NCBI GenBank assembly: GCA_965218865.1
Contig: CBDCME010000073.1
Span: 289,158 to 353,157, forward strand
Direction: 5' to 3'
Source of the DNA: Alphaproteobacteria bacterium
GTDB lineage: Bacteria; Pseudomonadota; Alphaproteobacteria; JAAXGF01
DNA length: 64,000 bases
Of the stretch, positions 20,436 through 31,937 are shown piece by piece. The translations under genes were made by a program, and so were the position numbers. Under the pieces are notes generated by a model. The model did no database searches and had not been told where the DNA came from. It saw only the letters and a program-made list of their open reading frames with translations. Positions within the stretch are counted from its first letter, which is position 1, and each line of letters begins with the position of its first letter.

Positions 20436-21490
20436 CGACGGAACGCCTTGTGGACAACGCCGAAACGACCAGCGACGAGCGCGATCCCGCTCTGCGACCG
20501 GCGAGCTTGGCGGAATTCATCGGCCAGGAAACGGTACGCGAGAATCTCCGTGTTTTCATTACCGCGGCGCGGAAACGCAACGAGGCGCTCGACCACGTTC
20601 TGTTCTCCGGACCGCCGGGTCTCGGTAAGACGACCCTGGCCCAGATCGTCGCCCGCGAGCTGGGGGTTGGATTTCGCGCCACCTCCGGTCCGGTGATTGC
20701 GCGCGCCGGTGATCTGGCGGCGCTGCTCACCAACCTGCAGGAACGCGACGTTCTTTTTATCGACGAGATTCATCGTCTCGCCCCCGCCGTCGAGGAAGTG
20801 CTTTACCCGGCGATGGAGGATTTCCAACTCGATCTGATCATTGGCGAAGGTCCCGCCGCCCGTTCGGTCCGCATCGACCTGCCGCCTTTCACCCTCGTCG
20901 GCGCCACCACCCGGACCGGCCTCATCACTTCGCCGTTGCGCGATCGATTCGGGATTCCCGCCCAGCTGATCTTTTACACGGAGGATGAGTTGCACGAAGT
21001 GGTCGAGCGCGCCGCCCGAGTTCTGGGCGTGCCCTTGGCGCCCGAGGGGGCCCGGGAAATCGCCCGCCGGGCCCGGGGAACGCCTCGCGTTGCCGGACGC
21101 CTCTTGCGGCGGGTCCGCGATTTCGCGGCGGTCGACGGAACCGCGGTTATCGATGCCCAGGCGGCCGACTCGGCGCTACGCCGGCTCGAAGTCGACAGTC
21201 GCGGTCTCGATGCCATCGACCGGCGCTACCTGCGCTGCCTGGCCACAAACTACGGCGGCGGTCCGGTCGGAGTCGAAACCCTGGCGGCCGCGCTTTCCGA
21301 ACAGCGGGACATGATCGAGGACGTGATCGAACCGTTCCTCATCCAACAGGGATTCCTTCAGCGCACGCCCCGGGGCCGGACCCTAACCCCCACCACCTTT
21401 CACCATCTCGGCATTGCCGTGCCTGCCACCGAGGACGCGCCGGCCGATCTTCTCTCGCGTGTCGGCCTCGGCAACAGGGGAAGTGGCTGA
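20432..21490 (+). CDS. ruvB: Holliday junction DNA helicase RuvB
   Basis: ATG at 20432 overlaps the ruvA stop (ATGA). Walker [15 protein letters not shown]+ domain. Confidence 0.9.
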   Translation: MTTERLVDNAETTSDERDPALRPASLAEFIGQETVRENLRVFITAARKRNEALDHVLFSGPPGLGKTTLAQIVARELGVGFRATSGPVIARAGDLAALLTNLQERDVLFIDEIHRLAPAVEEVLYPAMEDFQLDLIIGEGPAARSVRIDLPPFTLVGATTRTGLITSPLRDRFGIPAQLIFYTEDELHEVVERAARVLGVPLAPEGAREIARRARGTPRVAGRLLRRVRDFAAVDGTAVIDAQAADSALRRLEVDSRGLDAIDRRYLRCLATNYGGGPVGVETLAAALSEQRDMIEDVIEPFLIQQGFLQRTPRGRTLTPTTFHHLGIAVPATEDAPADLLSRVGLGNRGSG

Positions 21491-21984
21491 TGACAACCGG
21501 CTCCGGCGTGATTCGCGATGGCATCCACCGCTTCCGTTTGCGAATCTATTACGAGGATACCGACGCCGGCGGCGTCGTCTATTACGCGAATTATTTGAAG
21601 TATGCCGAGAGGGCTCGAACCGAGATGCTGCGGCGCGCCGGAGTTGCCCACGCCGCCATCGCCGAAACCAGCGCCGCCGCGTTCGCCGTAAGACGCTGCG
21701 AAATCGAATTTTTCCGCCCGGCCCGTCTCGACGACGAAATCTGGGTTGTCAGCCGCTTGCTTCGATTTGGTGGCGCGAGCGCCGAATTGGAGCAGACCAT
21801 CGGCCGTGATGATACCCGGCTGGCGCGCCTCAACGTGCGTCTCGCCTTCGTATCGCGTCAAAACAGGCCGGCGCGGATACCTGCTTCGCTGCGCGACGCG
21901 CTGACCCCTCTGCTGAAACCTGGTCCGGGCGCCCGCCGAAGCGAGGCGCCGGCGCAAACAGCGGCGCCAACTCATGGAGGCTGA
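21490..21984 (+). CDS. ybgC: tol-pal system-associated acyl-CoA thioesterase YbgC
   Basis: Hot-dog 4HBT thioesterase signature (YYEDTDAGGVVYYANYLKYAERART). Position directly upstream of tolQ. Confidence 0.75.
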   Translation: MTTGSGVIRDGIHRFRLRIYYEDTDAGGVVYYANYLKYAERARTEMLRRAGVAHAAIAETSAAAFAVRRCEIEFFRPARLDDEIWVVSRLLRFGGASAELEQTIGRDDTRLARLNVRLAFVSRQNRPARIPASLRDALTPLLKPGPGARRSEAPAQTAAPTHGG

Positions 21985-22079
21985 AGCATGCCGAAATCCG
22001 GAGACGTCGAGGCCCCCCGGGCGGTGGTGTCGCACCCCCTCGACCTGAAACCGCCGTGTATTTGGAGAAAGACGGACAG

Positions 22080-22817
22080 ATGAACGAACAGAACGTGGAC
22101 GCCACCCTACTTGCGGGGTCCGTGGACGCCGTCGACCTATCGATGTGGGGGTTGATTCTCCAAGCGGACATGGTCGTCAAGACCGTGATCCTGATCCTGG
22201 TACTGGCGTCGTTTTGGTCTTGGACGATCATCTTCAACAAGGTCAAACGATTGCGCCAACTCAGGGGCTCGGCGGAAGAATTCGAACAACTTTTCTGGTC
22301 GGGCGGATCGCTCGAGGAACTTTACAAGAAGGTCGGCCAACCGCCGAACCACCCCATGGCGGCGATATTCGCCGCGGCGATGGAGGAGTGGCAGCGCCCG
22401 GCGGCCGGCGGTTCGTCGCCCGACGACGAGGGTTTGCGCGCGGGGGTGCAGGAACGCATCGACCAAGTAATGAAGACCTCCCTCGAGCGCGAACTCGAAA
22501 TCCTCGAGAGTTACATGGTGTTCCTGGCGACGGTCGGATCCACGGCACCCTTCATCGGCCTGTTCGGCACGGTATGGGGCGTTATCGATAGTTTTCAGGC
22601 CATCGCCGAATTCAAGAATGCTTCTCTGGTTGCCGTCGCGCCCGGAATCGCGGAGGCGCTTTATGCGACCGTATTCGGTCTTTTCGCCGCCATCCCGGCG
22701 GTTGTCGGATACAATAAACTGACATCGGATCTTGATCGATACGGAGGTCGGCTCGAGGCTTTCTCGGCCGAGTTCAGCTCGATTGTCTCGCGCCAACTCG
22801 AGAGGAGTGCGAGTTGA
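22080..22817 (+). CDS. tolQ: Tol-Pal system protein TolQ
   Basis: MotA/TolQ/ExbB family. Start chosen at MNEQN. Confidence 0.85.
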   Translation: MNEQNVDATLLAGSVDAVDLSMWGLILQADMVVKTVILILVLASFWSWTIIFNKVKRLRQLRGSAEEFEQLFWSGGSLEELYKKVGQPPNHPMAAIFAAAMEEWQRPAAGGSSPDDEGLRAGVQERIDQVMKTSLERELEILESYMVFLATVGSTAPFIGLFGTVWGVIDSFQAIAEFKNASLVAVAPGIAEALYATVFGLFAAIPAVVGYNKLTSDLDRYGGRLEAFSAEFSSIVSRQLERSAS

Positions 22818-23254
22818 TGGCGGGGCAAACGCAGGGCCGTTCCGCGCGACACCGGCGTCACCGCTTGATGAGTGAAATCAACGTCGTACCCTTCATCGAC
22901 GTGATGCTCATTCTGCTCGTCGTTTTCATGGTAACGGCGCCCCTGCTGACCGTCGGGGTGGAAGTCAACCTCCCGGAAAGCGAAGCCGGAGCCATCACTG
23001 GTGACGACGAACCGCTAGAGGTAACAATCAAGGAAGACGGTGAAATCTTCATTCAGGAAACGCCGATTGCATTGGATCATCTCGTTCCGCGATTGCGCGC
23101 GATCATCGAAAACCGATCCGACAAGCGCATATTCGTGCGCGGTGACGAGGACATCGATTACGGCCGGGTGATGATCGTGATGGGTCGAATCAATGCGGCC
23201 GGATTCAAGAAAATCGGGTTGATCACCTTGCCTGGCGTCATAGAGGAGGAGTAG
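22817..23254 (+). CDS. tolR: Tol-Pal system protein TolR
   Basis: ExbD/TolR family (INVVPFIDVMLILLVVFMV). Confidence 0.85.
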   Translation: MAGQTQGRSARHRRHRLMSEINVVPFIDVMLILLVVFMVTAPLLTVGVEVNLPESEAGAITGDDEPLEVTIKEDGEIFIQETPIALDHLVPRLRAIIENRSDKRIFVRGDEDIDYGRVMIVMGRINAAGFKKIGLITLPGVIEEE

Positions 23255-23257
23255 TCA

Positions 23258-24067
23258 GTGCGTCGCAGCGCCTTCGTGTCCGCGCTCGGCCATAGCGCCA
23301 TCGGCCTGTTGGCCTATTTCGGCCTGCCGGCATTTTTCGATTCCAAGCTGATTTTCGACTCTCCGAACGTCGTCGAGGCCTATATCATCTCCGAACCCCC
23401 GGAACCGCTACCTCCCCCGCCACAAATAGACCCGCCGCCACCGCCGTCCAAGGCCTCGCCGCCACCGATTATCGAGGTCACACCTCCAGAACCGGAGCCG
23501 ACCATCGTACCGGTCAAGTCCGTCGAGCCCCCGCCGGGTCCCAAACCAGCGGTCACGAAACCGGTCCGGCCACCTCCGGTCAAGCCGCGACGCGTGGTAG
23601 AACCGCCCCCCAAGCCGAAACCGGAACCCCAGAAATTGGCCTTTGACTCGGTGCTCAAACGGCTGGCGACGGAACCCGAGCCCGCCCCCCAACCGGCGCC
23701 CGAGGCAAGCCGGAAAAAGATTGAGAGAACGATATTTCAGTTCGCCGGGTTGACCCATGGTGAAATCGACGCGATCAGGCGCCAGATCGAGGCTAACTGG
23801 ATCCTTCCGGCGGGCGCCCGGGAAGCCGATAAACTGTCGGTGGAAATCCGAATTTCGTTGGGTCCGGACGGGACCGTACGGACCGTGGAAATTGTCGACA
23901 CCGCGCGCCTGAACCGCGACGGCGAGGAATTCTTCCGCAGCGCGGCGGAGAGCGCCAAACGAGCCGTGCTGAAGTCGAACCCCTTGCGCGGTTTGCCACC
24001 CGAGAAATACGATTTGTGGCGGCAGATGGTAATAAACTTCGACCCGAGGAATATTCTGAGACCATGA
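23258..24067 (+). CDS. tolA: cell envelope integrity protein TolA
   Basis: GTG start. TM anchor, long Pro-rich linker ([19 protein letters not shown]), C-terminal TolA domain. Confidence 0.75.
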   Translation: MRRSAFVSALGHSAIGLLAYFGLPAFFDSKLIFDSPNVVEAYIISEPPEPLPPPPQIDPPPPPSKASPPPIIEVTPPEPEPTIVPVKSVEPPPGPKPAVTKPVRPPPVKPRRVVEPPPKPKPEPQKLAFDSVLKRLATEPEPAPQPAPEASRKKIERTIFQFAGLTHGEIDAIRRQIEANWILPAGAREADKLSVEIRISLGPDGTVRTVEIVDTARLNRDGEEFFRSAAESAKRAVLKSNPLRGLPPEKYDLWRQMVINFDPRNILRP

Positions 24068-25413
24068 TTGAACACATTCCACTCCGAGACCGTCATCACC
24101 TCTTCGTACCCGTGATCCTTGTCATCCTCTGCACCACTTGGCCCGCGGCCGGCCAGAGCGAGTTGCAAGTGGACGTCACGAAGGGAAAGGTCGAACCCAT
24201 GCCGATCGCCGTGACCAGGCTTCTCGGCGGCAGCGATGAGGAAATCCGCCTGGGGATCGATACCGCCGAGGTGATCAAGGCCAATCTCAAGCGATCGGGC
24301 CTCTTCGAACCGATTGACGAACGGGCGCACATTCAAGAACCGGAGGCCATGCGCGTCATGCCTCGGTTCGGCGATTGGCGCCAGATCAACGCCCAGGCCC
24401 TGGTGAACGGGTCGGTGGAGATGGGAGCCGACGGACGCGTTAAGGTGATTTTTCGCCTCTGGGACGTGATCGCCGAACAGCAAATGGTCGGGTTCATTTA
24501 TCGGACCGTACCCACCAACTGGCGGCGGATCGCGCACAAAATCTCCGACGACGTCTACAAGCGCGTCACCGGCGAGCAGGGATATTTCGATACCCGAATA
24601 GTTTACGTCGCCGAGAGCGGTCGCCTCGATCAACGCGTCAAACGGCTCGCGATCATGGATCAGGACGGGGAAAACCACCGATATCTCAGCGATGGACGCA
24701 ACCTCGTGCTGACCCCGCGCTTTTCACCCACCGCCCAAGAAATCACCTACCTGTCTTTTGCCGACGATCAGCCTCGGGTCTTCATCCTACACATTGACAG
24801 CGGGCGCCAGGAAGTCCTCGGTAACTTTCCGAATATGACCTTCGCGCCACGGTTTTCGCCCGACGGTAACGCGGTAGTCATGAGCCTGGCCGCGGACGGA
24901 AATTCAGACGTCTACATATTGGATTTGCGCACTCGTGATCTCCTCCGCCTCACCAATCATCCGGCCATCGACACCTCGCCTTCGATGTCGCCGAACGGCC
25001 GCCGGATCACCTTCAATTCCGATCGCGGCGGGTCGCAGCAGCTTTATGTCATGGACGTCGACGGCGGCGGCGTGGAACGGATCAGCTTCGACCGCGGCCG
25101 TTACGCGACACCGGTATGGTCGCCGCGTGGCGATTTGATCGCCTTCACGAAGATTTTGAAGGGGACTTTCTACATCGGGGTCATGAGGCCGGACGGAAGC
25201 GGCGAAAGACTCTTGACCAAGGGTTTTCTGGTCGAAGGTCCGACATGGGCGCCGAACGGGCGGGTGCTGATGTTCTTCCGCCAGTCGCCGGACGACGGCA
25301 GCGGCAACCGCTCCACCAGACTTTTTTCGATCGACCTTACGGGATACAACGAATTCGAGGTGCCGACGCCGCTTGATGCTTCCGACCCGGCTTGGTCCCC
25401 CTTGATTCCGTAG
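24064..25413 (+). CDS. tolB: Tol-Pal system beta-propeller protein TolB
   Basis: Start at MIEHIP. Signal peptide, TolB N-domain and WD40-like beta-propeller repeats. Confidence 0.9.
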   Translation: MIEHIPLRDRHHLFVPVILVILCTTWPAAGQSELQVDVTKGKVEPMPIAVTRLLGGSDEEIRLGIDTAEVIKANLKRSGLFEPIDERAHIQEPEAMRVMPRFGDWRQINAQALVNGSVEMGADGRVKVIFRLWDVIAEQQMVGFIYRTVPTNWRRIAHKISDDVYKRVTGEQGYFDTRIVYVAESGRLDQRVKRLAIMDQDGENHRYLSDGRNLVLTPRFSPTAQEITYLSFADDQPRVFILHIDSGRQEVLGNFPNMTFAPRFSPDGNAVVMSLAADGNSDVYILDLRTRDLLRLTNHPAIDTSPSMSPNGRRITFNSDRGGSQQLYVMDVDGGGVERISFDRGRYATPVWSPRGDLIAFTKILKGTFYIGVMRPDGSGERLLTKGFLVEGPTWAPNGRVLMFFRQSPDDGSGNRSTRLFSIDLTGYNEFEVPTPLDASDPAWSPLIP

Positions 25414-25558
25414 AATCCCGATCGTATATTCAAACTTTCCAATAGCCTGCTGAAGGTCGCCAATGAAACACTGGAATTGCGGGCGCCGATCATTTTCCCT
25501 ATAACTGTCCTCGACTCGCGAATCGTTCCGCGAACCTCGACAAAAGGAGATGAATTCG

Positions 25559-26122
25559 ATGCGGATGAAGATTGTTAGCCTTTTCGCCGCGCTTTTGTTG
25601 GTCGCGGCATGCGAAACCACCTCCGATGAGAGCGGGGCCACTTCCGGAGCAGGCACTTCGGCCCCCGAGACCGACGCAACCGCTGGCGGAGGCTCCGAGG
25701 GCGTTTCCTCCGATCCGGTCCAGGAGCTTGTCGGTCTCAGCAATATCACCCCGGGCACCCAAGAGGACCTTGAGGTGAACGTCGGCGATATGGTGTTCTT
25801 CGATCTCGACAAGTCTGTGTTGAGGGCGACGGCTCAACGCACCCTTGATCTTCAAGCCGCCTGGATCAAGCGCTTTCCGGGGGTGCGGGTGAAGGTTGAG
25901 GGTCACTGTGACGAAAGGGGCACGACCGAATACAACTTGGCGCTGGGCGATCTGCGCGCGTCCGCGGTAAAACGGTATCTGGTGGCCAAGGGAGTGACCG
26001 CGAACCGCATCGATACCATCAGCTACGGCAAGGAACGCCCACTCGTCTTGGGAAGCAACGCCGAGGCGTGGCGCCAGAACCGCCGCGCGGTTTCCGTGGT
26101 CGTTCGTCCGGGCGCGTCGTAA
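25559..26122 (+). CDS. pal: peptidoglycan-associated lipoprotein Pal
   Basis: Lipobox LLVAAC. OmpA-like domain (VFFDLDKSVLRATAQ ... EGHCDERGTTEYNLALGDLRA). Confidence 0.85.
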   Translation: MRMKIVSLFAALLLVAACETTSDESGATSGAGTSAPETDATAGGGSEGVSSDPVQELVGLSNITPGTQEDLEVNVGDMVFFDLDKSVLRATAQRTLDLQAAWIKRFPGVRVKVEGHCDERGTTEYNLALGDLRASAVKRYLVAKGVTANRIDTISYGKERPLVLGSNAEAWRQNRRAVSVVVRPGAS

Positions 26123-26237
26123 GGATCGGTTTCGGCTGGGACCTCCGTGCCGGAGAACCGTTTGGAAGTCAGAAGCTTCCGCCAACCTTCGGGGCGCGGT
26201 CGCGCTCTCGTGTGATAGCTCTTTGCGTACGGCGGAC

Positions 26238-27161
26238 ATGAAGAAAAAGATCGTGACCTTGCTGCTGGCGATCGTCGGCGGCGGATTCTCCGCGCCGATC
26301 TTTCACGTGGCCGCGCAAAATACCGAAGTCGGTGCCTTGGTCGACCGACTCGATCGGCTTTCGCACGAGCTCAACGACCTACAACGCTACGTTTTCAAGG
26401 GCACTGGCCGCGAGATCCCCGGGGACGGGGCCGTTCCCGCGCCGGTCGACGCCAGCCGGGCGGCAGGCATGGAGGTACGCCTAAGCGAATTGGCCGACGA
26501 ATTTCGTTCGCTTACCGGCAATGTGGAGGAACTCGCGCACGACATTCGCGTACTTAACGAAAGGATCGAGAGGCTCGTCGTCGATGTCGATTCCCGACTA
26601 TCCGCGATCGAGCAGGCGCGTGTTTCGGCGTCGGTCCCCGCGACTCCCGATACTCTCCCGGGCACACCGTCGTTCCCCCAGGTCCCGAGCCCTTCCCTCC
26701 CCGCCTCTCCCGGATCAGGAATTCTGGGTACGCTTCCCTTTGATGAGCTGCCCCCTTCGGCGACAGTTCCCGAAGTAACTCCCGAAGAGCATTACCGATT
26801 AGCGTACCAGAAAATGCTGGACCGGCGCTGGCCCGAAGCGGAGATAAACTGGAAGGGGTTTATCGAAAATTATCCCGACCATACCCTGGCGAGCAACGCC
26901 TACTATTGGCTTGGAGAAACCTTCTACGTGCGGAATGATTTCGAGAATTCCGCGGTTATTTTCGCCCGAGGATACGAAAAATTTCCGAACGGAAACAAAG
27001 CTCCGGATATTCTCTTGAAATTGGGTATGGCCTTGGCCAATCTGGGACAAAAAAACGACGCTTGCGTGACTTTCGCGGAGCTCGGCAAGATTTTTCCCAA
27101 GGCCCCGGAAACGATCAAGCTCCAATCCGCCAGGGAAAGTAAACGCGCGGGCTGCGCTTGA
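26238..27161 (+). CDS. cpoB: tol-pal system protein YbgF/CpoB
   Basis: Signal peptide, coiled coil, C-terminal TPR region (YYWLGETFYVRNDFENSAVIFARGYEKFP). Confidence 0.8.
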   Translation: MKKKIVTLLLAIVGGGFSAPIFHVAAQNTEVGALVDRLDRLSHELNDLQRYVFKGTGREIPGDGAVPAPVDASRAAGMEVRLSELADEFRSLTGNVEELAHDIRVLNERIERLVVDVDSRLSAIEQARVSASVPATPDTLPGTPSFPQVPSPSLPASPGSGILGTLPFDELPPSATVPEVTPEEHYRLAYQKMLDRRWPEAEINWKGFIENYPDHTLASNAYYWLGETFYVRNDFENSAVIFARGYEKFPNGNKAPDILLKLGMALANLGQKNDACVTFAELGKIFPKAPETIKLQSARESKRAGCA

Positions 27162-28549
27162 GCGGAACGCGGCACGGCGGCGCGAAAGGGGACGATGTCC
27201 GTGAACTCGACGACGTCCTAGCACGATTGCCGGCATTCGAACCGTCGCCTCATGTGGCCGTTGCGGTTTCCGGTGGCGCCGACAGCATGGCGCTTTGCCT
27301 CCTCGTCGACGATTGGGTCCGCGGTCGCGGCGGGCGCCTCACGGCCCTGATCGTGGACCACGGCTTACGCCCCGAATCTCACGCCGAGGCCCGTCAGGTC
27401 GCGAGCTGGCTCGCGGCTCGGAATATCCCCGCCACGATCCTGAGTTGGGGCGGCGCCAAACCCGACGCGAACATCCAGGCCAACGCCCGACGGGCGCGTT
27501 ATGGTTTGTTGACCGCCTGGTGCCGCGCCGCGGGCGTACTTCACCTTTTTCTTGCCCACCATCTCGACGATCAAGCGGAGACCTTTCTCCTACGTCTCGG
27601 TCGGGGTAGCGGCGGTGCTGGATTGGCGGCCATGGCGGCACTCGCGGAAACCCCGGATGTCCGCTTCTTGCGTCCGTTGCTCGCGACTCCACGCGAAGAA
27701 TTACGGAAGTTCCTGGAAACGAACGGCCAGCCCTGGATCGAGGATCCGGCCAATCATGATCCTAGTTTCGCCCGGGCCCGCGTTCGCGCCATGCGCCAGA
27801 CCCTCGAGGAAGGCGGGATCCGAGCGGATCGGACAGCGGCGGCGGCGACGGCGATGGGTGATTCCCGTGCCGTTCTCGATGGGATTATCGGCGAATTCCT
27901 CGCCGTCTCGACGACGATTCACCCCGCCGGATATTGCCTCCTCGACCCTACCCCGTGGGCGGGGCGCGACGACGAGGTGGGCGCGCGCGCCCTGGGCCGC
28001 GTCCTGTGTTCCGTTGGCGGCGCCGTATTCCCCCCCCGGCGCAAGCGATTAATGCGCCTCTTGGACCCCGTGACCAGTGGTTGCCCCTTTCCCGGCCGAA
28101 CCTTGGCCGGTTGCCGCGTCGTGATGTTAAAGGGAAAGTTCCTCGTCTGCCGCGAGGCGGCCGCGGCCAACCAAGCGGTCGTCCTGACGATCGGCCGCTC
28201 GGCGCTGTGGGACGGACGTTTCGTCGTTACCCTCGGCCGACGCTCTCGGGGGTCGAGGCGGCGCTATTCGATCCGGCGACTCGGCACCGACGGATGGGCT
28301 GAAATCGTCGTCCACCGGCCCGAGCTGCGCGATGTCGCGATACCGTTCCCGGCACGGGCGAGCCTGCCCGCTCTTTGGGACCTTGACGGCGTGGCCGAGG
28401 TTCCCCACCTAGGATTTGTACGCTCCGGTCGCGATCCCGGCCATCAGACCGGTTTCAGCGCCGATTTTCGTCCTTCTCAGCCGTTGGGTGCCGCTCCGTT
28501 CGTTCCGGCCAAGGGGAATCCTCACGCGAACTTAAGAACTCTCGCTTAA
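27158..28549 (+). CDS. tilS: tRNA(Ile)-lysidine synthetase TilS
   Basis: PP-loop SGGADS, N-type ATP pyrophosphatase fold. Start uncertain (TTG at 27158 or a downstream GTG). Confidence 0.75.
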   Translation: MSGTRHGGAKGDDVRELDDVLARLPAFEPSPHVAVAVSGGADSMALCLLVDDWVRGRGGRLTALIVDHGLRPESHAEARQVASWLAARNIPATILSWGGAKPDANIQANARRARYGLLTAWCRAAGVLHLFLAHHLDDQAETFLLRLGRGSGGAGLAAMAALAETPDVRFLRPLLATPREELRKFLETNGQPWIEDPANHDPSFARARVRAMRQTLEEGGIRADRTAAAATAMGDSRAVLDGIIGEFLAVSTTIHPAGYCLLDPTPWAGRDDEVGARALGRVLCSVGGAVFPPRRKRLMRLLDPVTSGCPFPGRTLAGCRVVMLKGKFLVCREAAAANQAVVLTIGRSALWDGRFVVTLGRRSRGSRRRYSIRRLGTDGWAEIVVHRPELRDVAIPFPARASLPALWDLDGVAEVPHLGFVRSGRDPGHQTGFSADFRPSQPLGAAPFVPAKGNPHANLRTLA

Positions 28550-28675
28550 GGTTCCAGATCCCGGTCTGTAATCGATAATTGAGATTTTCACAGTGCACCC
28601 TGTTCCATGTTATAGTGGTGGGCATCCTATCAGGATGAACTTGGCGCGCCCTTTGACGAAGAAAGGCTTTAAACA

Positions 28676-30616
28676 GTGAACAATTTTGGTCGCAATTTGG
28701 CCGTATGGGTGATCATCGGTCTGCTGGTCATCGCTCTGTTCAACCTGTTTCAGAGTCCCATGGGACTCGGTTCGAGTACCAAACTCGCGTATTCGGAGTT
28801 TCTTTCCGAGGTCGAGAACGGTCAAGTCGCCGACGTCACGGTCCAGGGCAACGCCATCAACGGCCACTACGCCGACGGCCGTGCCTTTACCACGTACGCG
28901 CCGAACGATTCGGGCGTGATCGAGGCGTTAACCAAGCACAATGTGCGCATCAGCGCCGCCCCGAACGAAAGCGGAATGCCCGCCATCTTCAGTTATCTTC
29001 TGAACTGGTTCCCGATGCTCCTGTTGATCGGCGTGTGGATATTCTTCATGCGTCAGATGCAGTCCGGCGGCGGCAAGGCGATGGGATTCGGCAAGTCTCG
29101 CGCCCGCCTTCTCACCGAGAAACCGGGCCGGGTCACCTTCGAGGACGTCGCCGGTATCGACGAGGCGAAAGAGGAACTCGAAGAGGTCGTGGAATTTCTC
29201 AAGAACCCACAAAAATTCCAGCGACTGGGCGGCAAGATACCCAAGGGAGTCCTGTTGGTGGGGCCTCCGGGGACCGGTAAGACCCTGCTCGCGCGCGCCA
29301 TCGCGGGCGAGGCAAACGTACCTTTTTTCACAATATCGGGATCGGATTTCGTGGAAATGTTCGTTGGGGTCGGCGCCAGCCGCGTCCGGGACATGTTCGA
29401 GCAAGGCAAGAAGAACGCGCCGTGCATAATCTTCATCGATGAGATCGACGCCGTGGGTCGGCACCGAGGCGCCGGACTCGGTGGCGGTAACGACGAGCGC
29501 GAGCAGACCCTGAACCAACTCCTTGTCGAAATGGACGGCTTCGAATCCAACGAGGGCGTCATCCTCATCGCCGCCACCAACAGACCCGACGTGTTGGACC
29601 CGGCACTGCTGCGCCCCGGTCGCTTTGACCGCCAAGTCGTGGTTCCGAATCCGGACGTCGCGGGACGGGAGAAGATCCTCAAGGTGCACATGCGCAAGGT
29701 CCCCCTCGCGCCCGACGTCGAACCCAAGACGATCGCCCGGGGAACTCCGGGTTTTTCCGGCGCGGACTTGGCAAATCTGGTCAACGAGGCGGCGCTCCTG
29801 GCCGCCCGCCTCGGCAGGCGCGTGGTCACGATGGCCGAGCTCGAGTCCGCGAAGGACAAAGTCCTGATGGGAGTCGAGCGCCGCTCGATGGTCATGAGCG
29901 AGGCCGAAAGGCGATTGACCGCGTATCATGAATCCGGACACGCAATCGTCGGTTTGCATTGCCCAGCTTCGGACCCCATCCACAAGGCAACCATCATTCC
30001 CCGCGGCCGAGCCCTCGGAATGGTGATGCGTCTTCCCGAGAGCGACCGGCTTTCGGTATCGCGGGAAAAGCTCGTATCCGACATTACCGTCGCCATGGGC
30101 GGCCGGATCGCCGAGGAACTGATCTTCGGCGAGGAAAAAGTGACGAGTGGCGCTTCCGAGGACATTCGCATGGCCACGAAACTCGCGCGCAAGATGGTCA
30201 CCGAGTTCGGCATGAGCGACAAGTTGGGGCCATTGGCGTATGGCGAAAACGAACAGGAGATTTTCCTCGGCCATTCGGTTACCCAGACACAAAACCTTTC
30301 CGAGGCGACGGCAATGGTCATCGACTCCGAAATCAGGAAGATCGTCGATTCCTCATATGGTGAGGCCCGAACGATTCTGGTCGAGAACATTGAGGAGCTG
30401 CACACCCTCGCCAAGGCCCTTCTCGAATACGAAACCTTGTCCGGAGCTGAAATCTCGGCTGTTTTGCGGGGTGAAACGATCGTCCGCCCGAGTGACGAGG
30501 AGCCCCCGAAGGACAGTGGGCGGCGCGCCTCCGTCCCAACCAGTGGCAAGAAGAAAACTCGCGCCAAGAAAAAGCCCACCAGCCAGATAGGTCCCGAGCC
30601 CCAGCCCGGATCCTGA
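28676..30616 (+). CDS. ftsH: ATP-dependent zinc metalloprotease FtsH
   Basis: 646 aa. Two TM segments, AAA Walker A GPPGTGKT, zinc-binding HESGHA. Confidence 0.9.
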   Translation: MNNFGRNLAVWVIIGLLVIALFNLFQSPMGLGSSTKLAYSEFLSEVENGQVADVTVQGNAINGHYADGRAFTTYAPNDSGVIEALTKHNVRISAAPNESGMPAIFSYLLNWFPMLLLIGVWIFFMRQMQSGGGKAMGFGKSRARLLTEKPGRVTFEDVAGIDEAKEELEEVVEFLKNPQKFQRLGGKIPKGVLLVGPPGTGKTLLARAIAGEANVPFFTISGSDFVEMFVGVGASRVRDMFEQGKKNAPCIIFIDEIDAVGRHRGAGLGGGNDEREQTLNQLLVEMDGFESNEGVILIAATNRPDVLDPALLRPGRFDRQVVVPNPDVAGREKILKVHMRKVPLAPDVEPKTIARGTPGFSGADLANLVNEAALLAARLGRRVVTMAELESAKDKVLMGVERRSMVMSEAERRLTAYHESGHAIVGLHCPASDPIHKATIIPRGRALGMVMRLPESDRLSVSREKLVSDITVAMGGRIAEELIFGEEKVTSGASEDIRMATKLARKMVTEFGMSDKLGPLAYGENEQEIFLGHSVTQTQNLSEATAMVIDSEIRKIVDSSYGEARTILVENIEELHTLAKALLEYETLSGAEISAVLRGETIVRPSDEEPPKDSGRRASVPTSGKKKTRAKKKPTSQIGPEPQPGS

Positions 30617-30805
30617 CCATCATCCGGTCGCCCGGACGTGACGCGTCGGTCTAGCGCCGCGGCGCTTCCTCGAAGTATCGCCGCCGGGGCGCGGATCTAC
30701 ATCCGGCCGCATCTCCTCCCTTCCCCCGCGGTAGCCGACGACAACGCCGCGTTTTCCCGAGCCGCGGCCTTCAACCAATGCACGCTGTCGATCCGCCAGG
30801 AGGGC

Positions 30806-31738
30806 ATGAATTCGACGGTGGTCGCGAATCCCACCGAAATCGCCCGTTGGGCGGCCACGATGGGCAGCGAGGTCGGCGGTCGTGTCGACGCCTTGCTGGC
30901 GGCTATCTCCCAACCGCGCCGAAATGTTCCCGAATTCTCGAACAGGCCGTGGCCCCTGATCATGGGCATCCTCAACGTGACTCCCGACAGTTTTTCCGAC
31001 GGCGGCGAATATTTCACGCCGGACAAAGCGATCGCGCGGGGCCTCTGGCTTACCGATGCCGGCGCCGATATCGTCGATGTCGGGGGCGAATCGACGCGAC
31101 CCGGCGCCACCCCGATTTCGTCCGAGGAGGAACGCGAGCGGATTTTGCCGGTAATCCAGGCATTGGTAGCCAAAGGCGTGATCGTATCGGTCGATACGCG
31201 GAGGGCGGCGACGATGCGCGCCGCGCTGGATGCCGGAGCAGCGGTCATAAACGACGTGAGCGCCTTGACATTCGACCCCGACAGTCGCAGGGTCGCGGCA
31301 GAATCGCGCGTGCCGATCATCCTGATGCACAGTTTGGGCGACCCCGGCACGATGCAACGGAATCCTCAATACGATGACGTCGTGCTCGACATCTACGATT
31401 ATCTCGAGGCGCGCCTCGCCGCGTGCCGGGACCTAGGCATCGGTCACGAGCGTCTCATCATAGACCCGGGCATCGGTTTCGGCAAGACCGTCGCGGACAA
31501 CGTCGCGCTTCTACGGGATCTGGCAATTTTCCAGGGATTTGGCTGCCCCGTTCTTCTCGGGGCCTCGCGCAAGCGGTTTATCGCCTCTCTCGGTGCCGGC
31601 GAATCACCGAGCGAGCGCCTGGCGGGAAGTTTGGCGGCGGCACTTCACGGCCTCTATCAAGGGGTTCAAATCCTGCGGGTTCACGACGCCCCCCAGACCG
31701 TTCAGGCCCGCGCCGTTTGGGAGGCCGTGACGGCGTAG
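30806..31738 (+). CDS. folP: dihydropteroate synthase
   Basis: ATG preceded by an AGGAGG Shine-Dalgarno. Motifs ILNVTPDSFSDGG and DVGGESTRPG. Confidence 0.8.
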   Translation: MNSTVVANPTEIARWAATMGSEVGGRVDALLAAISQPRRNVPEFSNRPWPLIMGILNVTPDSFSDGGEYFTPDKAIARGLWLTDAGADIVDVGGESTRPGATPISSEEERERILPVIQALVAKGVIVSVDTRRAATMRAALDAGAAVINDVSALTFDPDSRRVAAESRVPIILMHSLGDPGTMQRNPQYDDVVLDIYDYLEARLAACRDLGIGHERLIIDPGIGFGKTVADNVALLRDLAIFQGFGCPVLLGASRKRFIASLGAGESPSERLAGSLAAALHGLYQGVQILRVHDAPQTVQARAVWEAVTA

Positions 31739-31937
31739 CCCGATCCGCTAGTGCATCGACCCAAACGGAGGCGACAGCCGAAGTTTGGAAAGTTGATGCA
31801 TCGACAAAGGCCTGGTGCACGGGGGCGTGAACGAAGTGAATGCGCCGGTGCGTTAGCTTGTGCTAAACCAAGACAGACTGGGCGGCAGACCGTGCCGCGA
31901 CAAACGAAACAATCCGAAACCATCTCAAGGTCGTATC

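Noticed and set aside
28928-30292. 454-aa minus-strand ORF inside ftsH
   Set aside because: Antisense to an unambiguous, highly conserved FtsH.
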